Positions 9,961 through 21,534 are shown, counted from the stretch's first letter. The stretch: 34,296 nucleotides of DNA from Octopus sinensis (GCF_006345805.1 NW_021833534.1:1-34296); one strand, 5' to 3'. Notes: generated by a model from the sequence alone, not told the origin. A program made the numbers and translations.

Positions 9961-10748
9961 CCTATTTCTTTACTACCCTCAAGGGGCTAAACACTGAGAG
10001 GACAAACAAGGACAGACAAACGGATTAAGTCGATTATATCGACCCCAGTGCATAACTGGTACTTATTTAATCGACCCTGAAAGGATGGAAGGCAAAGTCG
10101 ACCTCGGCGGAATTTGAACTCAGAACGTAGCGGCAGACGAAATGCCTATTTCTTTACTTCCCACGAGGGGCTAAACACTGAGAGGACAAACAAGGACAGA
10201 CAAACGGATTAAGTCGATTATATCGACCCCAGTGCATAACTGGTACTTATTTAATCGACCCTGAAAGGATGGAAGGCAAAGTCGACCTCGGCGGAATTTG
10301 AACTCAGAACGTAGCGGCAGACGAAATGCCTATTTCTTTACTTCCCACGAGGGGCTAAACACACAGAGGACAAACAAGGGCAGACAAACGGATTAAGTCG
10401 ATTATATCGACCCCAGTGCATAACTGGTACTTATTTAATCGACCCTGAAAGGATGGAAGGCAAAGTCGACCTCGGCGGAATTTGAACTCAGAACGTAGCG
10501 GCAGACGAAATGCCTATTTCTTTACTTCCCACGAGGGGCTAAACACTGAGAGGACAAACAAGGATAGACAAACGGATTAAGTCGATTATATCGACCCCAA
10601 TGCGTAATTGGTACTTATTTAATCGACCCCGAAAGGATGAAAGGCAAAGTCGACCTCAGCGGAATTTGAACTCAGAACGTAGCGGCAGACGAAATACCGC
10701 AAAGCATTTTGTCCGGCGTGCTAACGTTTCTGCCAGCTCGCCGCCTTA
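9961..10748 (-). mobile_element. SINE B head-to-tail tetramer (184 bp period) inside a B2-type SINE, 14 bp TSD
   Basis: Units start at 9961, 10145, 10329, 10513; tRNA head only on the last unit; acttattttattaa at 9947-9960 and 10749-10762. Confidence 0.9.
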
Positions 10749-10892
10749 ACTTATTTTATTAACCCCGAAAGCATGAAAGGTAAAGTCGACCTCGGCAGTT
10801 TTAGAACTCAGGACGTAAGACTGGCAGAAATGCCGCTGAGCATTTTGCCTGGTGCTCTAACGATTCTGCCAGCTCGCCGCCTAATGATTCTT

Positions 10893-11085
10893 TCAGAATC
10901 GTTAGCACGACGGGCAAAATGCCATCTTTATGTTCGGAGTTCAAATTCCACCGAGGTCGACTTTACCTTTCATCCTTCCGGGGTCGATAAAATAAGCACC
11001 AGTGAAGCACTAAGGTCTATATAATTGACAGGGCCCCTCCCACTAAATTTCAGGTCCTGGGGCTGTAGTAGGAAGGATTATTTAA
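10893..11085 (+). mobile_element. SINE B2 variant (ccctcc...aaatttcagg tail)
   Basis: Meta-like core plus B2 tail. Confidence 0.75.
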
Positions 11086-11094
11086 GAAGTTAAA

Positions 11095-11740
11095 GGCAGC
11101 GAGCTGGCAGAAAAGTTAGCACGCCGAGTGAAATGCTTAGCGCATTTCGTCTGTCGCTACGTTCTGAGTTCAAATTCGCTGAGGTCGGCTTTGCCTTTCA
11201 TTCTTTCGGGGGTCAATAAATTAAGTACCAGTTACGCACTGGGGTCGATGTAATCGACTTAATCCCTTTGTCTGTCCTTGTTTGTCCCCCTTATGTTTAG
11301 CCCCTTGTGGGCAATAAAGAAATAAGAATAGTTTTCACGCCGGATAAAATGCTTAGCGGCATTTCTTTCGGCTCTCTACGTTTTGAGTTCAAATTCTGCT
11401 GAGGTCAACTTTGTCATTCATCCTTTCGGGGTTGATAAATTAAGTACCAGTTACGCACTGGGGTCGATGTAATCGACTTAATCCCTTTGTCCTTGTTTGT
11501 CCCCTCTATGTTTAGCCCCTTGTGGGCAATAAAGAAATAAGAATAGTTTTCACGCCGGATAAAATGCTTAGCGGCATTTCTTTCGGCTCTCTACGTTTTG
11601 AGTTCAAATTCCGCAGAGGTCAACTTTGTCTTTCTTCCTTTTGAGGTTGATAAAATAAGTACCAGTTGCATACTGGGGTCGATGTAATCGACTTATCGTC
11701 TTCCTTCAGAATTGCAGGCATTTTACCAAAATTTGACAGC
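11095..11740 (+). mobile_element. SINE B head-to-tail trimer (~215 bp period)
   Basis: Head ggcagcgagctggcag; units restart at gaatagttttcacgccgg (11326, 11541). Confidence 0.85.
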
Positions 11741-12239
11741 AATACTGAGGAAGTTCACGGTGGCGAGCTGGCGGAATTGTTAGGGCGTGAGAAAATATGC
11801 GAGGGGTCAATGTAATCGACTTATCCCCCTCCCCTCAAAATTGTTGAGCAAAAGCTTGAAACAATTATTTAGTAAGTTGTTGTTGCTGTTGATGATGATG
11901 ATATTATTGCTCTTGCTATTGCTGTTGTTGTTGTTGGGAGAAATGATATGAATATATTCTGAGAATGCTGGTTTCTTTCATATATACGAAGGATGAATAT
12001 TTGTTACATTCTAAACTATAAAGAGAGGTTATTTGCGTGATCGCTAGCTATATCTCTGAGCAGTGTTGATGACCTATCTTCTATTGACTTCTCGCATTAT
12101 GATTAGAACGGTTTCTAAGTATACATACACTTAAAAACAAGTTATATCCAACATATTTGTTGATATATAAGTCTATAAGGAGGGGGATGTTATAAGATCT
12201 CCATTCAAAAATCAAATACAATCGCCCGTGTTGTATCAG

Positions 12240-12921
12240 CAGTGGCGGCTCGTGTATAGGAACTGCGGAACTGCAGCACCCCCTGTTTCCACTCGATATT
12301 ATCAATAACATTCAATACAATGAGTCCTTTTTTCTGTAATTCTTTCTTTATACTTGTACATTATATAATCCCTATGTAGCCATCCCTTAGTTTATGAAAA
12401 AAATACAAAAGTCCTTGTATAGAACTGTGCACTTCACAGTTCCAGCGACGCGGTATTTGGCTCTTGTGCGCATGCTTACATGTCCGAGATAGGAAGCTTC
12501 ACACTAGGGAGAGAAAGCACTGCGTGAACGACAGTGCTGCTGAAAGGCAGTGTTTCTTTTTGATTCCGCGTGTGTTGTGCTTAAAAACGTGTTTATATTC
12601 TTGAATGTGAGAAAGTGTAGAATTAGATTATTATCCTGCTTCCAGCTTCAGTGTTGCTGCCAGGATCTGAAAAATAGGGCATTTCCTCCCGCCCCCTATT
12701 TTGTGATTTACGGGGGATTTTTGAAAAACAAAGGGGAATTCGCGGCGATGTTCAGTGAACAAATTAAACACACTACCCGGCAGTGGCTAAAACGCGAACC
12801 GATCAAGTTTATGTATAAAATTTCTTTTCATATGTTTGTTTCCTTTTACACAATATTAGAACAATGTCTAAAAATTTTCTGAAGCAGCACTCTCATTAAT
12901 TTTATCTACGCGCCGCCACTG
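12240..12921. mobile_element. Non-autonomous DNA transposon with hAT-like TIRs
   Basis: cagtggcggctcgt at left and acgcgccgccactg at right (13/14 match); no 8 bp TSD found. Confidence 0.6.
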
Positions 12922-12984
12922 GTGGCAAAACAGATTTATAGAAATCAAAAGCTTTCAACATCAACTGTATAGCAAACCGACTGG

Positions 12985-13190
12985 CACACTATTGGTTCTA
13001 AGTTTTGATACAGGGCCAACAATTTCGGTGGGTGGGAGATAAGTCGATTACATTGACCCCAGTGCTCGACAGGTACCTATTTTATCAACTCCGAAAGAAT
13101 AAAAGGCGAAGTCGACCTCGGGGGCATTTGAACTCAGAACATAAAAATACACTAAGCATTTTGCCCGGCGTGATAACGATTCTGCCAGCT
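12985..13190 (-). mobile_element. SINE B2 variant
   Basis: Reverse-complement Meta-like core and tRNA head. Confidence 0.75.
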
Positions 13191-13331
13191 GTCCCCTTGA
13201 AAATGAGGCATAATATTGATTTAAAAAAAAATTTTATCGTGTTTTGTAAATTGGCAGTTTATTTGTATCAGTGATCGATAAAATTAGCGAGAAAATCAAC
13301 CCCAATACTTAACTGATATTTTATTTTATCG

Positions 13332-13738
13332 ACTCTTTTACTTGTTTCAGTCATTTGACTGTGGCCATGCTGGAGCACCGCATTTAGTTGAACAAATCGA
13401 CCCCAGGACTTATTCTTTGTAAGCCTAGTACTAATTCTATCGGTCTCTTTTGCCGAACCGCTATGTTACGGGGACGTAAACACACCAGCATCGGTTGTCA
13501 AGCGATATTGAGGGGACAAACACAAACACAGAGACATATACACATACGTATATATATATATACATACATATATACGACGGGCTTCTTTCAGTTTCCGTCA
13601 ACCAGATCCACTCATAAGGCTTTGGTTGGCCCAAGGCTATAGTAGAAGACACTTGCCCAAGGTGCCACGCAGTGGGACTGAACACGGAACCATGTGGTTG
13701 GAAAGCAAGCTACTTACCGCACAGCCACTCCTACGACC
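13332..13738 (-). mobile_element. SINE family A
   Basis: Reverse complement of the family A sequence. Confidence 0.9.
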
Positions 13739-13841
13739 ATGAGAAAATTTAAAAAGCAGCATAATATTAGGCTAAAAAGTATTTGCGGAAAATGTTGAAG
13801 AAGCTAAAATTTCGACGGAAAACGTTGAGGAAGTTAAAGTT

Positions 13842-14704
13842 TTGTCGATGACAAATAGTTTCTCTAACACCGCAAAAGGTAACCTTGCAAGTGCGATATT
13901 TTCAAGGGACTGGATTGATGCCCGGCCTGTGGTCAACATTGGCGGTCTACTCAGTCTGGATAAGCTCCGCATCTCCATTGCACTCAAAAGTGGAAACCGA
14001 TGTCTATGGAATACTGAGATGTCGCTGCGATAAGCCCATTGACTTCACAGGCCTTCATGGTTTGTCTTGTGGCCTAAACTGCTGCTCGTTTCGCTCATCA
14101 CACCGAGCTAAACCTAACCATTCAGCGGGCCCTGGCTCGGGTTAATATCTTTTCTGTTCTGAATCCCGCAGGATTATCCGGAAATGATGGGAAGAGACCA
14201 GATGGTCTTACCCTTTATCCCTGGGTAAGAATTAGGTACCTCCTTTCGGGGTCGATTAAATAAGTACCGGTTACGCACTGGGGTCGATATAATCGACTTA
14301 ATCCGTTTGTCTGTATTTGTTTGTCCCCTCTATGTGTAGCCCCTTGTGGGCAGTAAAGAAATAAGAACTAGGTACCTCATCTGCGACGCCATAGTCAGTG
14401 ACTCCTCCCCACATCCTAGATACTGCGGTAAATGGGAGGATCATTGCTTCCGAAGACGAACGGAACAAAATCCTTAAGCATCGGACTTGTCCGAGAACTA
14501 TTTTTTTCCAGTCTGTGACGTTTGAGACGTTTGGAGGGGCTTGGGCCGCTGACAGCGAAGTTCATGTCATCATTAGCGGCTTGCCTTCTCACAGAGGTGT
14601 CAGGTGATGCTCGTGAGAGTGCTTGGCTGTTCCAACGCCTTAGCCTCGCCATCGCCCGTGGTAATGCCGCGATCGTGTTGGCTTGCTTTAGTAGGTTCTG
14701 CTGA
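13842..14704 (+). mobile_element. Decayed CRE-clade-like non-LTR retrotransposon 3' ORF end (CCHC knuckle plus restriction-like endonuclease)
   Basis: Frameshifted peptides DWIDARPV..LRISIAL / RCRCDKPIDFTGLHGLSC / RFAHHTELNLTIQRALARVNIFSVLNPAGLSGNDGKRPDGLTLYPW / RYLICDA / FETFG / LFQRLSLAIARGNAAIVL*. Confidence 0.85.
14241..14362 (+). mobile_element. 5'-truncated SINE B inserted into the retrotransposon, 16 bp TSD
   Basis: aagaattaggtacctc (14227-14242) and aagaactaggtacctc (14363-14378). Confidence 0.9.
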
Positions 14705-14955
14705 ACTTGTTGTGATGCGCGACCGAGTATTGAATTGATATTTTTTTCTTCTTCTTTCTCCCTATAAATTATGCATAGAAAAGAGCGATGCGACAGAGTT
14801 GTGAGACGAGAACGTAAGATGCATAAAATATGTGGATGGTATGATTCTTTAGTAATGTAAACTTTGGGAAACAAACCCAAAATAGGCCGAGATGAGGGTA
14901 TTAGATGTATAAAATATGTAGCAAACAGAAGGAGAATGGAGAAGGAAGGAAGGAG

Positions 14956-14956
<1 letters not shown>

Positions 14957-14996
<40 letters not shown>

Positions 14997-14997
14997 C
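14957..14997. repeat. (TAG)n microsatellite
   Basis: Direct inspection. Confidence 0.9.
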
Positions 14998-15125
14998 TTG
15001 CTAGGACCCCGAAATCTCTTCATAACAAACCACAATAAACTACAAAGAGCACATAACAATGCACTACATATCCATAACACCCTAACCATACTAACCGCAC
15101 CACCGGGTAAACGATATATATTTTA

Positions 15126-15357
15126 GGCGGCGAGCTGGCAGAAACATTAGCACGCTGGGCGAAATGCGTAGCCGTATTTCGTCTGCCGTTACGTTCTGGG
15201 TTCAAATTCCGCCGAGGTCGACTTTGCCTTTCATCCTTTCGGGGTCGATAAATAAAGTACCAGTTTCGCACTGGGGTCGATATAATCGACTTAATCCGTT
15301 TGTCTGTCCTTGTTTGTCCCCTCTGTGTTTAGCCCCTTGTGGGCAGTAAAGAAATAG
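15126..15357 (+). mobile_element. Full-length SINE B monomer
   Basis: ggcggcgagctggcagaaac...gggttcaaattcc...Meta-like core...gtaaagaaatag. Confidence 0.9.
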
Positions 15358-15852
15358 ATATATATTTTAAAAAATACAAAAAAAGATAATAAAAGACCGT
15401 CTTGGATAATGGTGAACGTCGTACCAGAGGTAATACGGGTTGGGGCTTTCTACGATAACAAACCATTGAATGAGTCCGTTCTCATTCAATTACTCTACTC
15501 AACTTCCTGGTTTATTTTCCTCGTCGAATTTCTAGCCTCACTAAATAGAATATGACTCATGCAATCATCGGTTTGGATTACATGATACAAGTTTCCAACG
15601 ATAGGAGTGTTTATACTATATCTTTTCCTTTTCTTTTTGTTTGTTTTTATATAAGGTTTTTGGTCGCTCGTATCTTGTTTGCAATTTGTTGTTGATTAGG
15701 AATTGATTAGTTTTCAAATTCGTGGTAATTAAACACGGATCCGTCTTTAAACCAGTTTAGAAATATAGAATCCATCCGTACTTGTTGTATATAAGCCATC
15801 TGCACTTGTGGGAACCTGTTATACTTATGGAATATGGGAATTAGATGTGCAT

Positions 15853-16277
15853 GTAGAAGCCAGACGAACCCGTTCGTTGTAGAAACCAGATGAATCTGTT
15901 CGTTGTAGAAGCCAGGTGAACCCGTTCGTTGTAGAAACCAGATGAACCCGTTCGTTGTAGAAACCAGATGAACCCGTTCGTTGTAGACGCCAGATGAACC
16001 TGTTCGTTGTAGAAGCTAGATGAATCCGTTCGTTGTAGAAGCCAGATGAATCCGTTCGTTGTAGACGCCAGGTGAACCCGTTCGTTGTAGAAGCCAGATG
16101 AACCCGTTCGTTGTAGAAGCTAGATGAACCCGTTCGTTGTAGAAGCCAGATGAACCCGTTCGGTGTAGAAGCCAGATGAACCCGTTTGTTGTAGAAGCTA
16201 GATGAACCTGTTCGTTGTAGAAGCCAGATAAATTCGTTGTTGAAACTAGATGAATTCGTTGTAAAAACTAGCTGAAC
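15853..16277. repeat. 26 bp minisatellite, about 16 units
   Basis: Unit tagaagccagatgaacccgttcgttg. Confidence 0.95.
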
Positions 16278-16682
16278 TGATTGTCTCGGAATGAGAGGGT
16301 GTCGTACTCCATTGTCCCAAACAGCCTTCAAAATCCCTTAAAAGGAACGGTGATTCGATTTCCTTACAGAGTGATGTCCTACCTGCTCGCGAAATAAACA
16401 TTTTTTCTTCAAAGTCTCTGGACATAGAAATTTACTAAAAGTATTAATTGAAAAAATAACAAAAATAGTTCGACTCAAGATTTCTGGACACAACCTGCCT
16501 TCTAAATTGTACATAGTTTTGTATGTGTGCAGTATAAGAGTCAGAACAAATATATTTATACAAATCTTGACTAAACTCAATGAAACAAACATGGAAAAAA
16601 TATTTTTACACTTTAATTTTTTTAATTTTCTTTTACAAAAGTTTTAAAGTTATTTTAAAGTCGTGAAAGGCTAAATAATAAT

Positions 16683-16894
16683 AATCCTTTCTAGTATAGG
16701 AACAAGGCCTGGAATTTGGGGGGAGCAGAATGGTTGATTGCATCGATACCGGTGTTCAATTGGTGCTTATTTCATCACCCCCGAAAGGATGAAAGACAAA
16801 GTCGACCTCGGCGGAATTTGAACTCAGAACATAGCGACGGACGAAATACCGCGCACTAACGATTCTACCAGCATACCACGTTAATAATAATAAT

Positions 16895-16925
<31 letters not shown>

Positions 16926-17180
16926 TAATAATAATAATAATAATAATCCTTTCTACTTAAGGCACAAGGCCTGAAATTTTGTGGGAGGGGACTAGTCGAT
17001 TACATCGACCCCAGTGTTTCACTGGTACTTGATTTATGGACCTCGAAAGGATAAAAGGCAAAGTCGACCTCGGTGGCATTTGAAATCAGAAGGTAAAAAC
17101 GGACGAAATGCTGCTAAGCATTTTGCCCGGGGTACCAAAGATTCTTCCAGCTCGCCACCTTAATAATAATAATAATAATA

Positions 17181-17232
<52 letters not shown>

Positions 17233-17444
17233 CCTTTCTACTTAAGGCACAAGGCCTGAAATTTTGTGGGAGGGGACTAGTCGATTACATCGACCCCAGT
17301 GTTTCACTGGTACTTGATTTATGGACCTCGAAAGGATAAAAGGCAAAGTCGACCTCGGTGGCATTTGAAATCAGAAGGTAAAAACGGACGAAATGCTGCT
17401 AAGCATTTTGCCCGGGGTACCAAAGATTCTTCCAGCTCGCCACC

Positions 17445-17445
<1 letters not shown>
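16683..17445 (-). mobile_element. Three SINE B2 copies separated by (AAT)n; the last two look identical (~285 bp tandem duplication)
   Basis: 16946-17160 matches 17230-17445. Confidence 0.9.
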
Positions 17446-17496
<51 letters not shown>

Positions 17497-18006
17497 TAAT
17501 AAAGTCAGAGAGAAGGTAAAATCCTTGCAATCTCGCCCCAAATTTAATTCTGTCCCTTTGTCTGCTTCAAACACACACACAAAGGGATTACGTTCGAGGT
17601 TTGTTACAGGTTAACATATTTTTAGTATTCGAAACCAAGGTTATAGAAATATCTTACAATTGCCATGTTGTCGCCCGAGGTGTTTCAGTGCCATTTAAAA
17701 GCATACATCGTTCGTAGAATGTCAATGCTTCTTAATGTCAACGGTATGGACGAAGTTAGCAATACTCCAGTTGTTGGTTAGTTTAAATTGTAAACTGCTT
17801 GTGACAATGACATTTGCAAGCAATATTTTCATTGAAATTGTTTACTGAAGATTTATTGCAATTTGCTTTCTCTTTAAGATTGTCGACGTTTTCTGGGTTT
17901 GTGGTCTTATGACATTTATCAAAATATAGCTGTTCTATTAGTCCAGTTGACTTTCCTTTGTGACTGTATGTTAGACTATTGCCGACTTCTGACAGTTATT
18001 TATTTA

Positions 18007-18410
18007 TCTACTAGCAGTATCGCCCGGCGTTGCTCGGGTTTGTTTTCTTTTCGACCCTTTAGAATTGGAATTTTTGGAAAGTAAAAGTTTTGCATTATGT
18101 AGCTTGTTATTCTCTTTAAGTGAACATTTTTCTGGCTGAAATACACCGAAAAATGGTGACACAGCAGTCAAAAAATCGTAAAAAAATAGGGATCTTCATA
18201 GAAAAAAAGCGCCTTTTTGATGTAAATAATTTTTGGTGTTAACATGGTCCGATTTGAATTTTTTCTTCTACGGAAGGAAGAGCAAGCCTGCTTCTATCAT
18301 ACTCTCAATTTTGGTCAACTTGCGCCACAGGGTCTCGGAGAAGATAGTGTTAGTTGAAGGCTACCAAACCTGCCATACACAGACAACTTCAGCTTTATAT
18401 ATAGAGAGAT
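18007..18410 (+). mobile_element. Non-autonomous Helitron/Helentron-like element
   Basis: Starts tctactagcag with subterminal hairpin cccggcgttgctcggg; ends cagctttatatatagagagat, typical ends for this class. Confidence 0.55.
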
Positions 18411-18597
18411 TTACTTATCTTACTCGAAATAGTCAAATTACGCGAGCCGCAGTGACTTGCACCATGTACAATCATAGCTCCTTTTCGGCACTTTCTACCA
18501 TTTGAAAAAAAAAATATGTACCTCTCATTTGAAGATATATTACTGGCAATCATAAGCAATTTGGCATTACTTATGTTCTCCCACAAATACTTCGACA

Positions 18598-19031
18598 GAG
18601 GCGCAGGAGTGGCTGTGTGGTAAGTAGCTTGCTAACCAACCACATGGTTCCGGGTTCAGTCCCACTGCGTGGCATCTTGGGCAAGTGTCTTCTACTATAG
18701 CCCCGGACCGACCAATGCCTTCTGAGTGGATTTGGAAAGAAGGAAACTGAAAGAAGCCTGTCGTATATATGTATATATATATATGTGTGTGTATGTATGT
18801 GTGTTTGTGTGTCTGTGTTTGTCCCTCTAGCATTGCTTGACAACCGATGCTGGTGTGTTTACGTCCCCGTCACTTAGCGGTTCGGCAAAAGAGAACGATA
18901 GAATAAGTACTGGGCTTACAAAAGAATAAGTCCCGGGGTCGATTTGCTCGACTAAAGGCGGTGCTCCAGCATGGTCCCAGTCAAATGACTGAAACAAGTA
19001 AAAAGAAAAAGAAAGAAGAAAAAGAAAGAAG
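18598..19031 (+). mobile_element. SINE family A
   Basis: Full architecture. Confidence 0.9.
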
Positions 19032-19289
19032 ACTCTATTTTCGGGTTTTTGTCAAAGCTTAGCTGTTACAACCTTCTTGCTTTTCCTTCTTTCTCTTTTT
19101 CTTTCCCCTTCGTTCCCCTTCGTTTTAAACCGGTATCTACTCGTTCACTCATCCTATTCAACTGCTTCCATGGTTTACGTGATCATCAGGCTAGATCACA
19201 TGGTTCAACAAGTATATCAAACTTCCCTTCTGGCATTTCCGTGTGATCTTTCGTTTTTAGAATTTTGCCAGGTTGTCTAGTTAGCCTAT

Positions 19290-19673
19290 GTGGAAGCACT
19301 CCGTCGGTTACGACGACGAGGGTTCCGGTTGATCCGAATCAACGGAACAGCCTGCTCGTGAAATTAACGTGTAAGTGGCTGAGCACTCCACAGACACGTG
19401 TACCCTTAACGTAGTTCCCGGGGATATTCAGCGTGACACAGAGAGTGACAAGGCCGGCCCCTTGAAATACAGGTACAACAGAAACAGGAAGTAAGAGTGA
19501 GAGAAAGTTGTGGTGAAAGAGTACAGCAGGGATCACCACCATCCCCTGCCGGAGCCTCGTGGAGCTTTAGGTGTTTTCGCTCAATAAACACTCACAACGC
19601 CCGGTCTGGGAATCGAAACCGCGATCCTACGACCGCGAGTCCGCTGCTCTAACCACTGGGCCATTGCGCCTCC
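19290..19673 (-). mobile_element. SINE family C, 11 bp TSD
   Basis: tRNA head ggaggcgcaatggcccagtggttag..ggtttcgattccc; TSD agttagcctat at 19279-19289 and 19674-19684. Confidence 0.9.
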
Positions 19674-19769
19674 AGTTAGCCTATAGGTGCTTCGTGTATG
19701 TGTAAACATGTGAAGGATAGATTAGCATAATCCTTGATAACTGAAATATATTATACACTAAGGCGAATT

Positions 19770-19995
19770 GGAGGCGCACAGCTTAGTGGTTAAAGTGTTC
19801 GACTTACGATCGTAAGATTGTGGTTTCGGTTCCTGGACCGGGCAATGCGTTGTGTTCTTGAGCAAAACACTTCATTTCACGTTGCTCCAGTCCACTCAGT
19901 TGGCAAAAATGAGTAATGCTGCGATGGACCGGATTCGCGTCCAGGAAGGAGTGGATACGCCAGAGAAACCGGGAAGCTCATTACGGAGTAATGTG
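19770..19995 (+). mobile_element. tRNA-SINE with CORE/V-like region
   Basis: A-box gcttagtggtta, B-box ggtttcggttcct, ttgagcaaaacactt. Confidence 0.75.
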
Positions 19996-20010
19996 AAGTA
20001 ACCCTAGAAA

Positions 20011-20330
20011 GACTCCGCCGGTTACGACGACGAGGGTCCCAGCTGATACGATCAACGGAACAGCTTGCTCGTGAAATTAACGTGCAAATGGCTGAGCATT
20101 CCACAGACACGTGTACCCTTAACGTAGTTCTCGGGGATAATCAGCGTGACACAGAGAGTGACAAGGCTGACCCTTCGAAATACAAGTACAACTCATTTTT
20201 GCCAGCTGAGTGGACTGGAGCAACGTGAAATAAAGTGTCTTGCTCAAGGACACAACGCGTCGCCGGGAATCGAACTCACAACCTTACGATCATGAGCCGA
20301 ATGCCCTAACCACTAAGCCACGCGCCCTCA
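20011..20330 (-). mobile_element. SINE family D (CORE-like head plus family C 3' half)
   Basis: 3' half matches family C (gtcactctctgtgtcacgctga...cgtcgtcgtaacc). Confidence 0.85.
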
Positions 20331-20432
20331 CTAAGGCCAAATGTGGTAGCTGTAAGAATACTGCGTGCTGTAAATGCTTTAGAAGAAAGAGTTAGCTGTA
20401 TGTCGTTCATAGGATGTTTGTCTTGTGTGTGA

Positions 20433-20506
<74 letters not shown>

Positions 20507-20750
20507 TGCTTACGTCGTCGACTATAATGGTTGTATCTGAGCTATACAACAAACTCAAATTAGCCCCCATCGAATCCGCCGTTACCTTTTTACCAGCAAC
20601 ACCGCAAATATATCTATTACACTCAGCAAGAATTCTAAATGATTCATGTAGGGTTGCCGTACTCGTTTAAACTGTTTCTCAAGAATATCGAGAAGATATA
20701 AGTGTAATGTCATCTGCGTTAGAGGTTGTATGTATATTTTGAGATGTATG

Positions 20751-21133
20751 GAAGCACTCCGTCGGTTACGACGACGAGGGTTCCGGTTGATCGGAATCAA
20801 CGGAACAGCCTGCTCGTGAAATTAACGTGTAAGTGGCTGAGCACTCCACAGACACGTGTACCCTCAACGTAGTTCTCGGGGATATTCAGCGTGACACAGA
20901 GAGTGACAAGGCCGGCCCTTTGAAATACAGGTACAGCAGAAACAGGAAGTAAGAGTGAGAGAAAGTTGTGATGAAAGAGTACAGCAGGGATCACCACCAT
21001 CCCCTGCCGGAGCCTCGTGTAGCTTTTAGGTGTTTTCGCTCAATAAACACTCACAACGCCCGGTTTGGGAATCGAAACCGCGATCCTATGACCGCGAGTC
21101 CGCTGCCCTAACCACTGGGCCATTGCACCTCCA
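20751..21133 (-). mobile_element. SINE family C, 13 bp TSD
   Basis: Near-identical to 19290-19673; TSD tttgagatgtatg at 20738-20750 and 21135-21147. Confidence 0.9.
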
Positions 21134-21197
21134 CTTTGAGATGTATGTATAAGTTGAAAATAGGTGAAAGAACAGATCTTTATCGTACTCCAATCAG

Positions 21198-21263
21198 GAA
21201 ATTACAAATTCTGGACATGTTATCATGTTGTATACTGCAAAGGAGAGTTCATAGAAAAGTGTG
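21198..21263 (+). CDS. Candidate 66 nt internal exon, product unknown
   Basis: Acceptor ctccaatcag|, donor GTG|gtaagt; following 103 nt intron has a ctgac branch-like site and ends tttaatttcgctag; phase-1 reading GNYKFWTCYHVVYCKGEFIEKC. Confidence 0.35.
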
Positions 21264-21534
21264 GTAAGTCCAACAGCAGTGAATATAAACTAGATCTTAT
21301 CAAAATTCCCTGTAAACCATCCTATGGAGTTGTTCACACACTGACCATCATCTTTAATTTCGCTAGATTCAGGATGTTGCTAAGTACTACAAAATTACTG
21401 AAGCCCTCAGAATTTGATCTAGCAATGTAGTAATTCAATCCGTGTAGTGAGTTGGAGAGATAATTGCTGGGTGAGTCATTGGAGAACTTCTGAACTTGCG
21501 ACAAAGCTCCGACAACAACAACAACAACAATAAT

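Noticed and set aside
15853-16277. CRISPR-like appearance of the 26 bp array and SINE arrays
   Set aside because: No unique spacers, no cas genes, eukaryotic context
15825-16331. 168 aa minus-strand ORF
   Set aside because: The 26 bp unit has no stop in any minus frame, so ORF length is uninformative; starts at TTG
18423-18493. Minus-strand candidate exon (also 16380-16431, and plus-strand 25815-25868 and 29717-29786)
   Set aside because: Splice-like borders and short open frames are expected by chance in AT-rich DNA; no recognisable homology or consistent phase chain
19183-19189. Minus-strand CUGAUGA
   Set aside because: No helix II or GAAA follows
19600-19673. tRNA genes (this and other A-box/B-box heads)
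   Set aside because: Heads continue into SINE bodies and lack a complete cloverleaf; they are tRNA-derived promoters
21164-21430. 88 aa unspliced ORF
   Set aside because: Starts at GTG and reads through a probable intron; only the internal exon is considered
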